Translations under genes and position numbers: made by a program | Assembly (NCBI GenBank): GCA_965219415.1 | Contig: OZ244742.1 | Span: forward strand, 384,001-448,000 | Direction of reading: 5' to 3' | DNA length: 64,000 bases | Source: Candidatus Marinacidobacterales bacterium | Lineage (GTDB): Bacteria; Acidobacteriota; Vicinamibacteria; Marinacidobacterales; DATDRI01 | Part shown: positions 54,175-64,000 of the stretch, piece after piece | How positions within the stretch are numbered: position 1 is the stretch's first letter | Layout of the letters: each line of letters starts with the position of its first letter | The notes under the pieces: model-generated | Told to the model about the DNA's origin: nothing | What the model saw: only the letters and a program-made list of their open reading frames with translations | Database searches by the model: none

Positions 54175-56622
54175 TCAGACCGGAAGGGGTTGCCCTTCCT
54201 CCACAGCGTCTCCTTGGCGGAGCGCCAGCTTGTCGCCATCCGGGTAGATCTCCACAAGCCGACCAGGCGTAAGAGTGCCACGAATGAATGCCTCCGAAAG
54301 CGGATCCTCTACGTGTTTTTGCAATGCGCGCCGAAGCGGCCGGGCACCATAGGAACGATCGCGACAGGTACTCTCAATAATCCACTCTACTGCCTCGGGT
54401 GTCACCGCGATCTGTAGCTTCTTGTCCCGCAGGTTCTCGTTCATTTGTTCAACCAAGAGGCCCACAATTTTTCTAAGGTCGTCGTCACTAAGGGCGTCGA
54501 AAATGATGATTTCGTCGACCCTGTTGATGAATTCCGGGTTGAACGTCTTCTTCACCTCCCCTAAGACCATTTCGTTGATTCGAACGGCCGTCACGTGCTC
54601 ATCATCGGACTGAAAGCCGACGCGCCCTTTCTTCTCGATGTATCGAGCGCCGATATTCGAGGTCATGATCAGAATGGCGTTTTTGAAGTCGATGGTGTTG
54701 CCCAAACCGTCGGTCAGTTGGCCATCCTCGAAAACCTGCAGGAGAATATTGAAAACGTCTGGATGGGCCTTCTCGATTTCGTCCAGCAAAATGACGCAGT
54801 ATGGATTGCGTTTAACCTTTTCGGTCAGCTGCCCACCCTCTTCATGGCCGACGTACCCCGGCGGAGAGCCGATGAGCTTGGACACCGAGTGCTTTTCCAT
54901 GTACTCGCTCATATCGAAACGGGTCAGGGCCTTTTCAGAACCAAAGAGGAAATTCGCTAGACAACGCGCGACTTCGGTTTTCCCGACGCCGGTGGGCCCA
55001 AGAAAGATGAACGACCCGACCGGTCGGCTCGGACTCTTGAGCCCCGCCCGCGAGCGTCGGATGGCTCGGGACAGCGCCGAGATGGCTTGGTCTTGACTGA
55101 CAATTCGCTTGTGGAGCTCCCCTTCCATTCGAAGGAGTTTCTCGCTCTCCTCTTCCTTGATCGAGGCCAGCGGAATTCCAGTCCACTTCGAAACAACTTC
55201 GTCAATGTCCTTGCGTACGACTTCCGGACGGTCAAAATTCTTCAGTTCCCACCGTTTCCGGATGAACTGTAGATTCTCGCGCTGGGAAATCTCCTCATCG
55301 CGATACATCGCTGCGCGCTCGAAGTCCTTGTTTGCGATCGCGTCATCCATGCGGTCCGCGATGACCCGAATTTGCTTCTTCAGGTCCGCGAACTCCGTAG
55401 AGAAGGACGACTCACGCAACTTGACTCGTGATCCCGCTTCGTCGAGCAAGTCGATGGCCTTGTCGGGCAGGAAGCGATCGGTGATGTACCGATGGGATTG
55501 GTACACCGCGGCCTCGAGCGACTCGACGCTGTAGGCAACGTGGTGGAACCTTTCGTAGCGATCCTTGACCCCGCTCAGGATTTCGATGGTCTCGGCCTCG
55601 CTGGGACTGGCGACCTTCACACCCTGGAAACGGCGCTCCAGACTTCGATCCCGCTCGATGTACTTACGATACTCGGCGGGCGTCGTGGCACCGATGCACT
55701 GAATCTCACCGCGAGACAGCGCCGGTTTCAATATGTTGGCCGCGTCGAGCGAACCTTCGGCAGAACCCGCGCCTACCAACGTGTGGAGCTCGTCGATGAA
55801 GATGATCACGTTGGGATTCTCGGTGAGCTCCTTCATGATCGTCTTCAGCCGCTCTTCGAACTGCCCTCGGTATTTGGTGCCGGCCACGATCAGGGAGATA
55901 TCCAACGCCAGAATCCGCTTGTCCGCCAGGAACAGAGGAACGTCGCCATGGACGATCTTGGTGCCCAGCCCCTCTACGATTGCGGTCTTCCCCACTCCGG
56001 GCTCGCCAATGAGAACCGGGTTGTTCTTAGTACGCCGGCAGAGTACCTGGATTACGCGATCGAGCTCGTCGTCCCTTCCGATTAGAGGATCCAGTTGGCC
56101 ACGGCCGGCGGCTTCCGTCAGATCCCGGCTGAATTCTGTGAGAAGCGGCGTTTCCTTCGCTTTCGACATGGTCGCCTTCTGATTCAGCTCTTGAACGATG
56201 TCCTCGCGTACCGCGTTGATGTGCATCCCGCGCTCGGCGAGGATGGTGGCGGCGACGGACTTTTCTTCGCGCAAGATGCCTAAGAGGATGTGCTCGGTGC
56301 CTATATAGTTGTGAACCAGGCGCTCTGCTTCCTCGGCTGCATGCGTCAGCACCTTCTTCGACTCCGCGGAGAGGGGGATCTCGACAGAAGTCGACACCTG
56401 GTCCCGAATGACGATGCGGCCTTCGATTTCCTTGCGGATGCCTTCCATGGAAAGGTGGGACTTGGCGAAGAGGCGGCTAGTTAGGCCCTTGCCTTCTCGA
56501 ATCAGCCCGAGCAGGAGGTGCTCCGTCTCGATCGAGTTGCTGCCTAGCTGCGCTGCTTCGTATCGGGCAAAGAAGATTACCCGCTTAGCTCGTTCGGTAT
56601 ACCGCTCGAACATATTCTCCAC
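54175..56622 (-). CDS. clpC: ATP-dependent Clp protease ATP-binding subunit (ClpC type)
   Basis: MFERYT, Clp-N repeats, GEPGVGKT and GPTGVGKT, UVR-like middle domain; start 56622 or 56613. Confidence 0.93.
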   Translation of the reverse strand: MENMFERYTERAKRVIFFARYEAAQLGSNSIETEHLLLGLIREGKGLTSRLFAKSHLSMEGIRKEIEGRIVIRDQVSTSVEIPLSAESKKVLTHAAEEAERLVHNYIGTEHILLGILREEKSVAATILAERGMHINAVREDIVQELNQKATMSKAKETPLLTEFSRDLTEAAGRGQLDPLIGRDDELDRVIQVLCRRTKNNPVLIGEPGVGKTAIVEGLGTKIVHGDVPLFLADKRILALDISLIVAGTKYRGQFEERLKTIMKELTENPNVIIFIDELHTLVGAGSAEGSLDAANILKPALSRGEIQCIGATTPAEYRKYIERDRSLERRFQGVKVASPSEAETIEILSGVKDRYERFHHVAYSVESLEAAVYQSHRYITDRFLPDKAIDLLDEAGSRVKLRESSFSTEFADLKKQIRVIADRMDDAIANKDFERAAMYRDEEISQRENLQFIRKRWELKNFDRPEVVRKDIDEVVSKWTGIPLASIKEEESEKLLRMEGELHKRIVSQDQAISALSRAIRRSRAGLKSPSRPVGSFIFLGPTGVGKTEVARCLANFLFGSEKALTRFDMSEYMEKHSVSKLIGSPPGYVGHEEGGQLTEKVKRNPYCVILLDEIEKAHPDVFNILLQVFEDGQLTDGLGNTIDFKNAILIMTSNIGARYIEKKGRVGFQSDDEHVTAVRINEMVLGEVKKTFNPEFINRVDEIIIFDALSDDDLRKIVGLLVEQMNENLRDKKLQIAVTPEAVEWIIESTCRDRSYGARPLRRALQKHVEDPLSEAFIRGTLTPGRLVEIYPDGDKLALRQGDAVEEGQPLPV

Positions 56623-56639
56623 CCGATCATTGTACGCGT

Positions 56640-56648
56640 ATTATACCA
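56640..56648 (-). promoter_or_regulatory. extended -10 promoter element for clpC
   Basis: Minus strand TGGTATAAT just upstream of clpC. Confidence 0.55.
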
Positions 56649-56758
56649 CAGCCCGTAAAACCATGGATATGTGGTGGTTCCTCCACACGAGCCGCATTCA
56701 CTACTCGATCGAAGGGAGAATAGCATGAGCGTTGGGCGGCGTCAAAGAAACGTCTTTT

Positions 56759-57445
56759 TCAGGCCCTGTGCTCATGGAGCCGGCCGTCTTCCATATAAAC
56801 GACCCGGTCGCAAACCGACGCAATTTGTTGACTGTGCGTGACTAGCACCGATGTCAGCCCACGTTCTTGATGCAGCCTAACCAAGAGGCCCACCAGCTCG
56901 TCGCTGGTTTTCGCATCCAGGTTGCCGGTCGGTTCGTCGGCCAATACCAAAGGTGGCTCGACCACCAGGGCGCGCGCCACCGCCACCCGCTGCTGCTCCC
57001 CGCCCGATAGTTCTCCGGGCCGATGCTCCGCCCGATCGGCCAACCCCAAGGCGTCCAATAGCCTGCTGGCACGGTCTCGCGCGACGGCAGCCGGGGCTCG
57101 GCCTATCAACAACGGCATCATCACGTTCTCCAATGCCGAGAACTCGGGTAGCAAGTGATGGAACTGAAAAATGAATCCGATGGTTCGATTGCGTAACTCG
57201 GTGCGTTTGGGCTCGTCGAGAGCGAAGACGTCCTCGCCTCCTATGGACAGAGAGCCCCGTTCCGGCTCGTCCAAAGTCCCCAGGACGTGGAGCAAGGTGC
57301 TCTTGCCGACCCCGGATGCGCCCACGATGGCAACCATTTCCCCTTTTCGAACCGTGAAGTCCGCTTCCTGCAGAACCGGGAGATAGCTCTCCCCGGCGCG
57401 AAAACCCTTCACCAGCTCTCGCGCGTCGAGAAGGACTTCACTCAT
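56759..57445 (-). CDS. lolD: lipoprotein-releasing ABC ATPase
   Basis: [37 protein letters not shown]. Confidence 0.9.
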   Translation of the reverse strand: MSEVLLDARELVKGFRAGESYLPVLQEADFTVRKGEMVAIVGASGVGKSTLLHVLGTLDEPERGSLSIGGEDVFALDEPKRTELRNRTIGFIFQFHHLLPEFSALENVMMPLLIGRAPAAVARDRASRLLDALGLADRAEHRPGELSGGEQQRVAVARALVVEPPLVLADEPTGNLDAKTSDELVGLLVRLHQERGLTSVLVTHSQQIASVCDRVVYMEDGRLHEHRA

Positions 57446-58682
57446 AGCGGAGCGCCTCCGTTAGGTTGAGCCGTGAAGCCCGCCGAGCCGGATAAAGAGT
57501 CGCCAGAAAACACACCAGCGGTGCACCCAAAACCACCAGGACGAAATCCATCGGTAGCAGCTTGAAAGGAACGTACGTGAGCTGGTAAACGTCTTCGGGA
57601 ATGTGAATCACTTGGTAATAGTCGAGTACCCACGCAACGCTCACTCCCAACACCGCCCCAACCAGTGTGCCGACCACACCGACAATCATGCCCTGCAGCA
57701 TGAAGATCGTCATGATGCTTCGCGCCGTGGCCCCCATCGACCTGAGGATGGCGATGTCCCGAGTCTTCTCCATGACGATCATGGTCTGGCTGGCGACGAT
57801 ATTGAGAGCAGCGACTCCGACAATGAAGCTAATGAAGATGGTAGTCACCATCTTCTCGAGCCAGAGCGCGGAAAACAGACTGCGGTTCATCTCCATCCAA
57901 TCCACGCTTCCGTAACCAGTACCCAGCTTGGCTCGCGCGTCGGCTCCGAGAGATTTCACTGCGTAGATGTCGTCGACCCGGGTCTCAACGTAGACCGCCT
58001 CATCGGCGAAGCCGAGCAACCTCTGGGCATTCTCGAGTCTAACCAACGCCCAAGCGTTATCGAAGTCGTAGAGCCCCACCCGATAGATGCCCGCGATCCG
58101 AAAACGGCGGCTGCGCGGAAGCATGCCGAAAGGAGTAAGGTGACCTTCGGGTGATGTAACGTTTACGATATCGCCCACCAGGCCCCCCAGAGTCATTGCT
58201 AACTCCTCACCAATCACCATTCCCGGGAGCGGAGAGCCGTCACTTTCCTCGGGAGGTGCGGCGAGGTGTTCGAGACTTCCCGCCACCATCTTCCCCGCGA
58301 ACTCGGTGACCGACGCCTCTCGGACCGGATCCACACCTTTCAAGGTGACCAAGCCCGAGCCGGTGGCGCTCGAGACCAAGGCCTTCCCGTAGATCACCGG
58401 AGCGGCACCCTCGATTCCAGGAAGTGAAGCCAGGGTCTCGGTCACCTCGGCGTAGTTCCGCATGGCGCGACCCTCGAGGCTGTAGATACTAAGGTGAGAG
58501 GCCGCACCCAGAATCCGAGACCTGAGCTCACCCTGAAAGCCCGTCATTATCGCGATGGCGATGAGCAAGATCATCACTCCCACGACGACACCGAGTGTGG
58601 AGATCGCCGAGATGACGGAGATGAAGACCTGCTTCCGCTTAGCCAGCAGGTAGCGCAGCGAGATGACGAGCTCGTAAGGCAT
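57438..58682 (-). CDS. lipoprotein-releasing permease LolC/E
   Basis: RYLLAKRK..FIS, IMTGF, DWMEMN..LFSAL, EKTRDIAILRSMGA, EALRYE. Confidence 0.92.
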   Translation of the reverse strand: MPYELVISLRYLLAKRKQVFISVISAISTLGVVVGVMILLIAIAIMTGFQGELRSRILGAASHLSIYSLEGRAMRNYAEVTETLASLPGIEGAAPVIYGKALVSSATGSGLVTLKGVDPVREASVTEFAGKMVAGSLEHLAAPPEESDGSPLPGMVIGEELAMTLGGLVGDIVNVTSPEGHLTPFGMLPRSRRFRIAGIYRVGLYDFDNAWALVRLENAQRLLGFADEAVYVETRVDDIYAVKSLGADARAKLGTGYGSVDWMEMNRSLFSALWLEKMVTTIFISFIVGVAALNIVASQTMIVMEKTRDIAILRSMGATARSIMTIFMLQGMIVGVVGTLVGAVLGVSVAWVLDYYQVIHIPEDVYQLTYVPFKLLPMDFVLVVLGAPLVCFLATLYPARRASRLNLTEALRYE

Positions 58683-58691
58683 GGGTGGAGG

Positions 58692-60191
58692 TTATGAAGT
58701 GGTTTCGGGTCGCATGTGAGGGAACAAGATCACGTCACGGATGGAACGGCTATCGGTGAAAATCATGACCAGGCGATCCACACCGATGCCTTCTCCGCCG
58801 GTCGGCGGTAAACCGTGCGCCAGAGCTCGGATGTAGTCGTCGTCCATGACGTGAGCTTCCTCATCGCCACGCTCCCTCTGGCGAAGTTGCATCTCGAATC
58901 GCTCTTTCTGATCCTGGGGATCGTTGAGCTCGCTGAATCCGTTGGCGCACTCCATTCCCGCCACGAAGAGCTCGAAGCGTTCCACCAGCTCCGGGTCGTC
59001 TGATTTCTTCTTAGAAAGCGGGGAGACGTCCAGGGGATGGTCGTAAATGAATGTCGGCTGGACTAGCTCTGACTCCGCCACCTCGTCGAACAAATTTGCG
59101 AGGAGCTTGCCCCAAGGATTGGCGGGGTCGAAGCTAACGTCGAGTCGTTCGAAAATTGCCACCAGAGCCTTGCGGTCGCGGAGCTCCGCCTCGGAGGTCT
59201 CGACACCCTTTCGTGACAGCGCTTGGCGCGTCGCGTCGAGCATCGTGACCCGAGGATAGGGAGGCGTGAACTTGATCTTCTGGCCCTGATACTCCAATTC
59301 TTCACTGCCTCTCACTTGTCGCGCCAGCTGAACGAAGAGAGCCTCGGTAAGATCCATCATCGACCGGAAATCGCTGTAGGCCTCGTAAAACTCCAGCATG
59401 GTGAATTCCGGATTGTGTTTGTACGAAATGCCTTCATTGCGGAAGTTGCGATTGATCTCGTACACCTTTTCCAGCCCACCTACGACCAAGCGTTTCAAGT
59501 AAAGCTCAGGTGCGATGCGAAGGTAGAGATCGATTCCCAAAGTGTTGTGAAAGGTCTTGAACGGTCTCGCCACTGCACCACCGGCGATAGGTTGCAGCAT
59601 CGGCGTTTCCACCTCCACGTAGCCGCGCGCGTCGAAGAACGAGCGCATCTCGCGGATGACACGGCTGCGGGTGACGAAGACCTCTCTCACGTCGACGTTC
59701 GACACGAGGTCCAAGTAGCGCTGGCGGTAGCGGATTTCTTTGTCCGCCAGGCCGTGCCACTTCTCGGGAAGCGGGAGGAGGGATTTTGCCAAGAACGTCA
59801 ACTGCTCGACTTTGACTGTCAACTCGCCAGTGCGAGTGCGGAACATCGGCCCCGCTACGCCGACAAAGTCTCCTAGATCCAGCAGCTTGAAGATCTCGAA
59901 TCCAGGAGACTCGACCGTGTCGTTGCGTATGTAAACCTGAAGCCGAGAGGCCCCATCCGATAGATGCGCAAACGCCGTCTTCCCGTGACCACGCAGAGTG
60001 ACCAGGCGAGCGGCCACTTGCACCCGTGGCGCAGCTTCTTCGAGCTCCTCCGCATTGCGAGGAGAGAACTCTTCCAGGGCTTGGGCTACGGAATGCGTCC
60101 GATCGTAGCGGGTGGGATAGACATCGACCCCGAGCTCGCGCAACGCCTCCAACTTGTCGCGCCGGTCCGGAGGGATCAGAAAGTCGGCCAC
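58692..60191 (-). CDS. lysS: lysine--tRNA ligase (class II)
   Basis: RYRQRYLDL, LYLRIAPELYLKRL, FRNEG, HNPEFT, GIGVDRL; GTG 60191 assumed. Confidence 0.97.
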   Translation of the reverse strand: MADFLIPPDRRDKLEALRELGVDVYPTRYDRTHSVAQALEEFSPRNAEELEEAAPRVQVAARLVTLRGHGKTAFAHLSDGASRLQVYIRNDTVESPGFEIFKLLDLGDFVGVAGPMFRTRTGELTVKVEQLTFLAKSLLPLPEKWHGLADKEIRYRQRYLDLVSNVDVREVFVTRSRVIREMRSFFDARGYVEVETPMLQPIAGGAVARPFKTFHNTLGIDLYLRIAPELYLKRLVVGGLEKVYEINRNFRNEGISYKHNPEFTMLEFYEAYSDFRSMMDLTEALFVQLARQVRGSEELEYQGQKIKFTPPYPRVTMLDATRQALSRKGVETSEAELRDRKALVAIFERLDVSFDPANPWGKLLANLFDEVAESELVQPTFIYDHPLDVSPLSKKKSDDPELVERFELFVAGMECANGFSELNDPQDQKERFEMQLRQRERGDEEAHVMDDDYIRALAHGLPPTGGEGIGVDRLVMIFTDSRSIRDVILFPHMRPETTS

Positions 60192-60195
60192 GGGT

Positions 60196-60612
60196 CTAAC
60201 TCGCCTCCGGAGCTTCAATGCTCACACGAACGGCATCCAAGACACCGTTCACGAACTGCACCGCATCGGGGCTGGAGAACCTCTTCGTCACCTCGAGAGC
60301 CTCGTTGATGACGACGCGCTTGGGCACTTCTTCATAGAGAAACTCATAAATCGCTAGTCGCAGAATATTACGGTCCACGGCCGCCATGCGGAGTAGTCGC
60401 CAGTGCTCGGCATGCTTCGTGATCAACTCATCGATCTCCTCGAGATGCTCGACCGTTCCTTGAAGGAGCCGTTGAGCGAGACTCCGCGTTTCATCGGCCG
60501 CCTCGCGAAGCTTCCAAAACGACTCCTGTACTTGCGCTATGGGCTCCTCGCCGATCTCCCATTGGTAAAGCATTTGGACTGCCAGCTCCCGCCCTTTCCT
60601 TCGCGAACCCAC
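60196..60612 (-). CDS. nusB: transcription antitermination factor NusB
   Basis: RRKGRELAVQMLYQ, VDRNILRLA, INEA, FVNGVLD. Confidence 0.95.
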   Translation of the reverse strand: MGSRRKGRELAVQMLYQWEIGEEPIAQVQESFWKLREAADETRSLAQRLLQGTVEHLEEIDELITKHAEHWRLLRMAAVDRNILRLAIYEFLYEEVPKRVVINEALEVTKRFSSPDAVQFVNGVLDAVRVSIEAPEAS

Positions 60613-60677
60613 AATGATTCCTGCTTTGGCAACACGCCGAGCCCCCAGCACTCAAGCCGGGACCATAGCAACGGATC

Positions 60678-61154
60678 CTAGTGATTCCCTTCCATCTGAC
60701 GATAGAGGTCCGCCATCTCTACCGCGGCGATGGCCGCGTTGTACCCTCGATTATCTCCGCGCTCCTCGGCGCGTGCGAGCGCGGTGTCTCGCGTTTCGGT
60801 TGTGAGAATTCCAAAGGTCAAAGGAATGCCCGAGTCGAGTGCGGTCCTCTCGATAGCATCCGAGACCGTCCGGCCGAGGTAGTCCCAGTGGGGAGTCTCT
60901 CCTTTGATGATGGCGCCAAGGCAAACCACCGCGTGGTAACGACCGGAGTCGGCCAGCTTCTTCGCTGCGAGAGGGATCTCGAAGGAGCCCGGCACCCGAA
61001 CCACCACCACGTCCTTCTCTTCGACTCCGCAGCCTTTTAGAGCTTCGAGCGCGCCATCGAGAAGCTTGTCGGTCACGAAATTGTTGAAGCGGCCGACCAC
61101 GACTCCAACACGGAGTCCCTTCCCGCTTGGTTTGCCCTCCAAGATCTTGGTCAA
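60678..61154 (-). CDS. ribH: 6,7-dimethyl-8-ribityllumazine synthase
   Basis: RFN, VPGSFEIP, LGAIIKGETPH, FGILT. Confidence 0.96.
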   Translation of the reverse strand: MTKILEGKPSGKGLRVGVVVGRFNNFVTDKLLDGALEALKGCGVEEKDVVVVRVPGSFEIPLAAKKLADSGRYHAVVCLGAIIKGETPHWDYLGRTVSDAIERTALDSGIPLTFGILTTETRDTALARAEERGDNRGYNAAIAAVEMADLYRQMEGNH

Positions 61155-61171
61155 GCTACTCTCACCCTACT

Positions 61172-61340
61172 CCCTCACCCGCCGTCTGGCCACATTGTTC
61201 GTTGGCACAGCGTATTTTGACGGCCACAACGTCCCCAGCCCGCCTCCGTCCGCCTCTGTTCCAATGACTTCGGCGGGTCCGCCGAAGCCTCCCGCGAAGG
61301 CGGAAGGGGAGAGGGAGTAAAGGAAGGAAGCCAACATCTA
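61172..61340. repeat. structured dispersed repeat, copy B (REP/MITE-like)
   Basis: Matches 10967-11134; outer stem TACTCCCTCACCC / GGGAGAGGGAGTA. Confidence 0.85.
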
Positions 61341-62120
61341 TTGGCCCTTGAACTTGGCTGCACGCTTCTCGAGAAACGCTTGCATGCCTTCCTTCATATC
61401 TTCGGTCGCGCAGAGAATCCCGAATAGCGAGGCCTCCAGATCCAGCCCTTCATCGAGACTGCCGTCGAGACCCTTGTCTACCGCGCGAATCGCGTAGCGG
61501 ATCGCCAGCGGCCCATTGGCGAGAATCTTTCGCATCAAAGCCTCTGCCGCGCCAAGAAGCTCGGCGCGCGGCACGACCCGGTTCACCAACCCGATGCGGT
61601 GGGCTTCCGTGGCGTCAATCATCTCCCCGGTCAGGATCAATTCGAGCGCCCTGCCTCTGCCCACGATCCGCGCCAAACGCTGTGTCCCTCCGTAGCCAGG
61701 GATGACGGCCAGCTTCACTTCCGGGAGACCCATCTTCGCCTCCTCGGCGGCGACGCGAATGTGGCAGGCGAGCGCCAGCTCCATGCCCCCACCGAGCGCA
61801 AATCCGTTGATGGCGGCCACCACGGGTTTTCCGGACGTCTCTATTCTTCTCATCACCGACTGCCCGCGCAGCGTCGTTTGGTGTCCGGTGGTAGGCGTCT
61901 CTCCGGCCAACTCCTTGATATCCGCCCCGGCAACGAAGGCCTTCTCCCCCGAACCGGTGACGATCACTCCCTTGACGGCCGCGTCCAACTCCAAATCGGA
62001 GAAGAGCTTATCTAACTCGCCAATTGTCTCTTCGTTGAGCGCGTTGAGCTGCTTCGGCCGATTGATCGTAACGAACGCGATCCCCTCTCGTGTTTCGGTC
62101 AACAGATTTCGAAATGTCAT
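61338..62120 (-). CDS. enoyl-CoA hydratase (crotonase)
   Basis: NRPKQLNAL, FVAGADI, GFALGGGMELA, PEVKL.VIPGYGGTQRL. Confidence 0.93.
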   Translation of the reverse strand: MTFRNLLTETREGIAFVTINRPKQLNALNEETIGELDKLFSDLELDAAVKGVIVTGSGEKAFVAGADIKELAGETPTTGHQTTLRGQSVMRRIETSGKPVVAAINGFALGGGMELALACHIRVAAEEAKMGLPEVKLAVIPGYGGTQRLARIVGRGRALELILTGEMIDATEAHRIGLVNRVVPRAELLGAAEALMRKILANGPLAIRYAIRAVDKGLDGSLDEGLDLEASLFGILCATEDMKEGMQAFLEKRAAKFKGQ

Positions 62121-62126
62121 GCTCCC

Positions 62127-62978
62127 TCACGCGTAGTCATAGAAACCTCTCCCCGACTTGCGCCCCAAGTGACCGGCCAGGACCATTCGTCGCAGGAGAG
62201 GCGGCGGGGCGAATCGTTTTTCTCGAAATTCTTCATACATAATGTTGGCGATGTAAAACGTCGTGTCCAGCCCCACGAAGTCCAGGAGCTCGAACGGGCC
62301 CATTGGATGTCCACATCCGAGCTTCATCCCAGCGTCCATATCCTCCTTGCTGCCCACCCCTTCTTCCAACGCTCGGATCGCGTCAAGCAAATAAGGAACG
62401 AGAAGCCTATTCACGATGAAGCCAGGTCGGTCCGGTGCCCGAATGGGGGTCTTCCCCAACGAACGAGCGAAGGAGGATGCGAGCTCGGGGACCTCCGGTT
62501 CCGTCATGATCGTAGAGATCACCTCAACCACCTTCATGAGTGGTACCGGATTGAAAAAGTGAAGCCCCACGAAGCGTTGCGGGCGCTTGGTGCCGGCGGC
62601 CATCTGAGTGATGCAAAGCGAAGAAGTATTGCTCGAAAAAATCGTTTCCGGTTTGGTTATTTCATCGAGAGCTCGGTACAACTCCAATTTTACATCTAGG
62701 TTCTCGACTATAGCTTCGATGATCAAATCGGCCCCGTTCAGATCCTCGAGCCGCGTGGTTCCGTGAACGTTGTTGAGAATCTCTTTCTTCCTGTCCTCCG
62801 TGAGTTTACCCTTCTTGACGCCTCTGCTGAGGAACCGGTCGATGTTGCCCAAACCCTTCTGAAGAAGCTCTTCGTTGATCTCGTATACCGCGGTCTCGTA
62901 ACCGGAGTCGGCAGATACCTGGGTGATCCCAGATCCCATGAGACCACAACCCGCCACGCCTACCTTCTTGATCTCCAT
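62127..62978 (-). CDS. hbd: 3-hydroxybutyryl-CoA dehydrogenase
   Basis: GCGLMGSGI, SNTSS, GLHFFNP, GFIVNR, PMGP; ATG 62978. Confidence 0.92.
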   Translation of the reverse strand: MEIKKVGVAGCGLMGSGITQVSADSGYETAVYEINEELLQKGLGNIDRFLSRGVKKGKLTEDRKKEILNNVHGTTRLEDLNGADLIIEAIVENLDVKLELYRALDEITKPETIFSSNTSSLCITQMAAGTKRPQRFVGLHFFNPVPLMKVVEVISTIMTEPEVPELASSFARSLGKTPIRAPDRPGFIVNRLLVPYLLDAIRALEEGVGSKEDMDAGMKLGCGHPMGPFELLDFVGLDTTFYIANIMYEEFREKRFAPPPLLRRMVLAGHLGRKSGRGFYDYA

Positions 62979-62998
62979 GACTCGCCCCCCTACCGGGA

Positions 62999-64000
62999 CT
63001 ATTGCGCCTCGACGACCATCGCGATGCCCTGGCCTCCCCCGATGCAAGCCGTCGCGAGACCGAAACGACCCTTGCGGCGCCGAAGCTCCAGCAAGATCGT
63101 CAGCAGCAAACGAGTCCCGGTGGCCCCCAACGGATGCCCGAGCGCGATCGCGCCGCCGTTGACGTTTGTCTTGTCCCGATCGAGCCCCAACTCTTTCTCA
63201 ACCGCCAAATACTGCGGTGCGAACGCCTCATTGACCTCTACTAAGTCCATATCGGATACTTTCAAACCGGCCTTCTCAAGTGCAGCGCGGCTCGAAGGAA
63301 CCGGTCCGATTCCCATGATCTCGGGCGGAACACCTGCGTAGGCCCAGGACACGATCCGTCCGAGAGGCTTCAGGCCCCGCTTTTTCACCGCCTCTCCGGT
63401 CGCAACGATGAGTGCCGCGCCTCCATCGACGATGCCGCTGGCATTCCCGGCAGTAACCATCCCTTCTTTGCCGAAAGCCGGTCTTAACTTAGCTAGTCCT
63501 TCGGGAGTCGTATTCGGCCGTCGGTGATCATCTTCCTCAAACGTGACGGTCGCCTTTCGAGATTTGATCTCGATGGGAACGATTTCCTCCTTGAGTCGCC
63601 CTTCCCGAGAGGCGCGCTCGGCGGCCTGCTGGCTTCGCAGCGCGTAGGCATCCGCCTTCTCGCGCGTGATACTGTACTTTTCCGCCAAGTTCTCCGCGGT
63701 GTTGGCCATATAGAGGTCGCACTGCGTGTCGAGGAGCGCCGCCATCAGCGAATCTTCCAACTCGCCCTGACCAAGCTTGAACCCGGTGCGAGCGCCTCGG
63801 ATCACATGAGGCGCCTGACTCATCGACTCCATACCTCCGGCGAGCACAATCTCGGCCTCTCCTGCCATGAGCTGATGGGCCGCGGATATTACTGATTGAA
63901 TCCCCGAACCGCAAAGCCGGTTCACGGTAAGAGCTGGAACGGCGATGGGGATGCCCGCCACGAGGCCAACGTGGCGGGCGCCATAGATCGCGTCCCGACT
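62999..64000 (-). CDS. thiolase (acetyl-CoA C-acyltransferase), 5' end outside the window
   Basis: NRLCGSG, TAGNASG, NEAF, GHPLGATG, CIGGGQG. Confidence 0.95.
   Translation of the reverse strand, partial: SRDAIYGARHVGLVAGIPIAVPALTVNRLCGSGIQSVISAAHQLMAGEAEIVLAGGMESMSQAPHVIRGARTGFKLGQGELEDSLMAALLDTQCDLYMANTAENLAEKYSITREKADAYALRSQQAAERASREGRLKEEIVPIEIKSRKATVTFEEDDHRRPNTTPEGLAKLRPAFGKEGMVTAGNASGIVDGGAALIVATGEAVKKRGLKPLGRIVSWAYAGVPPEIMGIGPVPSSRAALEKAGLKVSDMDLVEVNEAFAPQYLAVEKELGLDRDKTNVNGGAIALGHPLGATGTRLLLTILLELRRRKGRFGLATACIGGGQGIAMVVEAQ

Noticed and set aside
61155-61340. FMN riboswitch upstream of ribH
   Set aside because: No RFN consensus is visible; the region is explained by the dispersed repeat also found at 10967-11134.
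245-63914. Many long antisense and overlapping ORFs in the track (e.g. 2602-3591, 49945-50721, 53082-53852)
   Set aside because: Shadow frames of real genes in GC-rich DNA, with no recognisable motifs.
1-64000. tRNA, rRNA, prophage, transposase or integrase
   Set aside because: None recognised in the intergenic gaps or ORF translations by eye; a covariance-model scan was not possible.

Overview
GC-rich bacterial chromosome segment. Gene content and order suggest Acidobacteriota, probably Vicinamibacteria-like (inference from the GWxTD protein, the ECF/zf-HC2/DUF4097 module and clpC-bamA-skp-fabZ-lpxA-lpxI order). From about 15 kb to 64 kb it is mostly housekeeping: rpsT, holA-lptE-leuS, mutY, a diaminopimelate operon, a yceD-rpmF-plsX-fabD-fabG-acpP-fabF cluster without fabH, miaA-hfq-deoB, lipid A/outer-membrane genes, clpC, lolCD, lysS, nusB, ribH and thiolase-hbd-crt. 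The first ~15 kb is the most unusual part. It holds nucleotide/nucleoside salvage genes, several with export signals: a lipoprotein two-domain cytidine deaminase, a signal-peptide nucleoside hydrolase plus a second paralog, a lipoprotein alkaline phosphatase, an MtaD-like deaminase, ribokinase, a LOG protein, an NCS2 permease and a collapsed phosphodiesterase pseudogene. Together these suggest a periplasmic nucleotide-scavenging pathway. Other notable items are a GWxTD protein with an N-terminal domain resembling phage decoration-protein inserts, a ~168 bp structured repeat present twice 50 kb apart, a perfect 31 bp palindrome, an orphan gene with a consensus sigma-54 promoter, and a tandem duplication at the amrS 3' end. 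Several single-base frameshifts in short runs look like assembly errors. No tRNA, rRNA, CRISPR array, transposase or prophage was recognised. All calls come from reading motifs by eye; no database searches were run.
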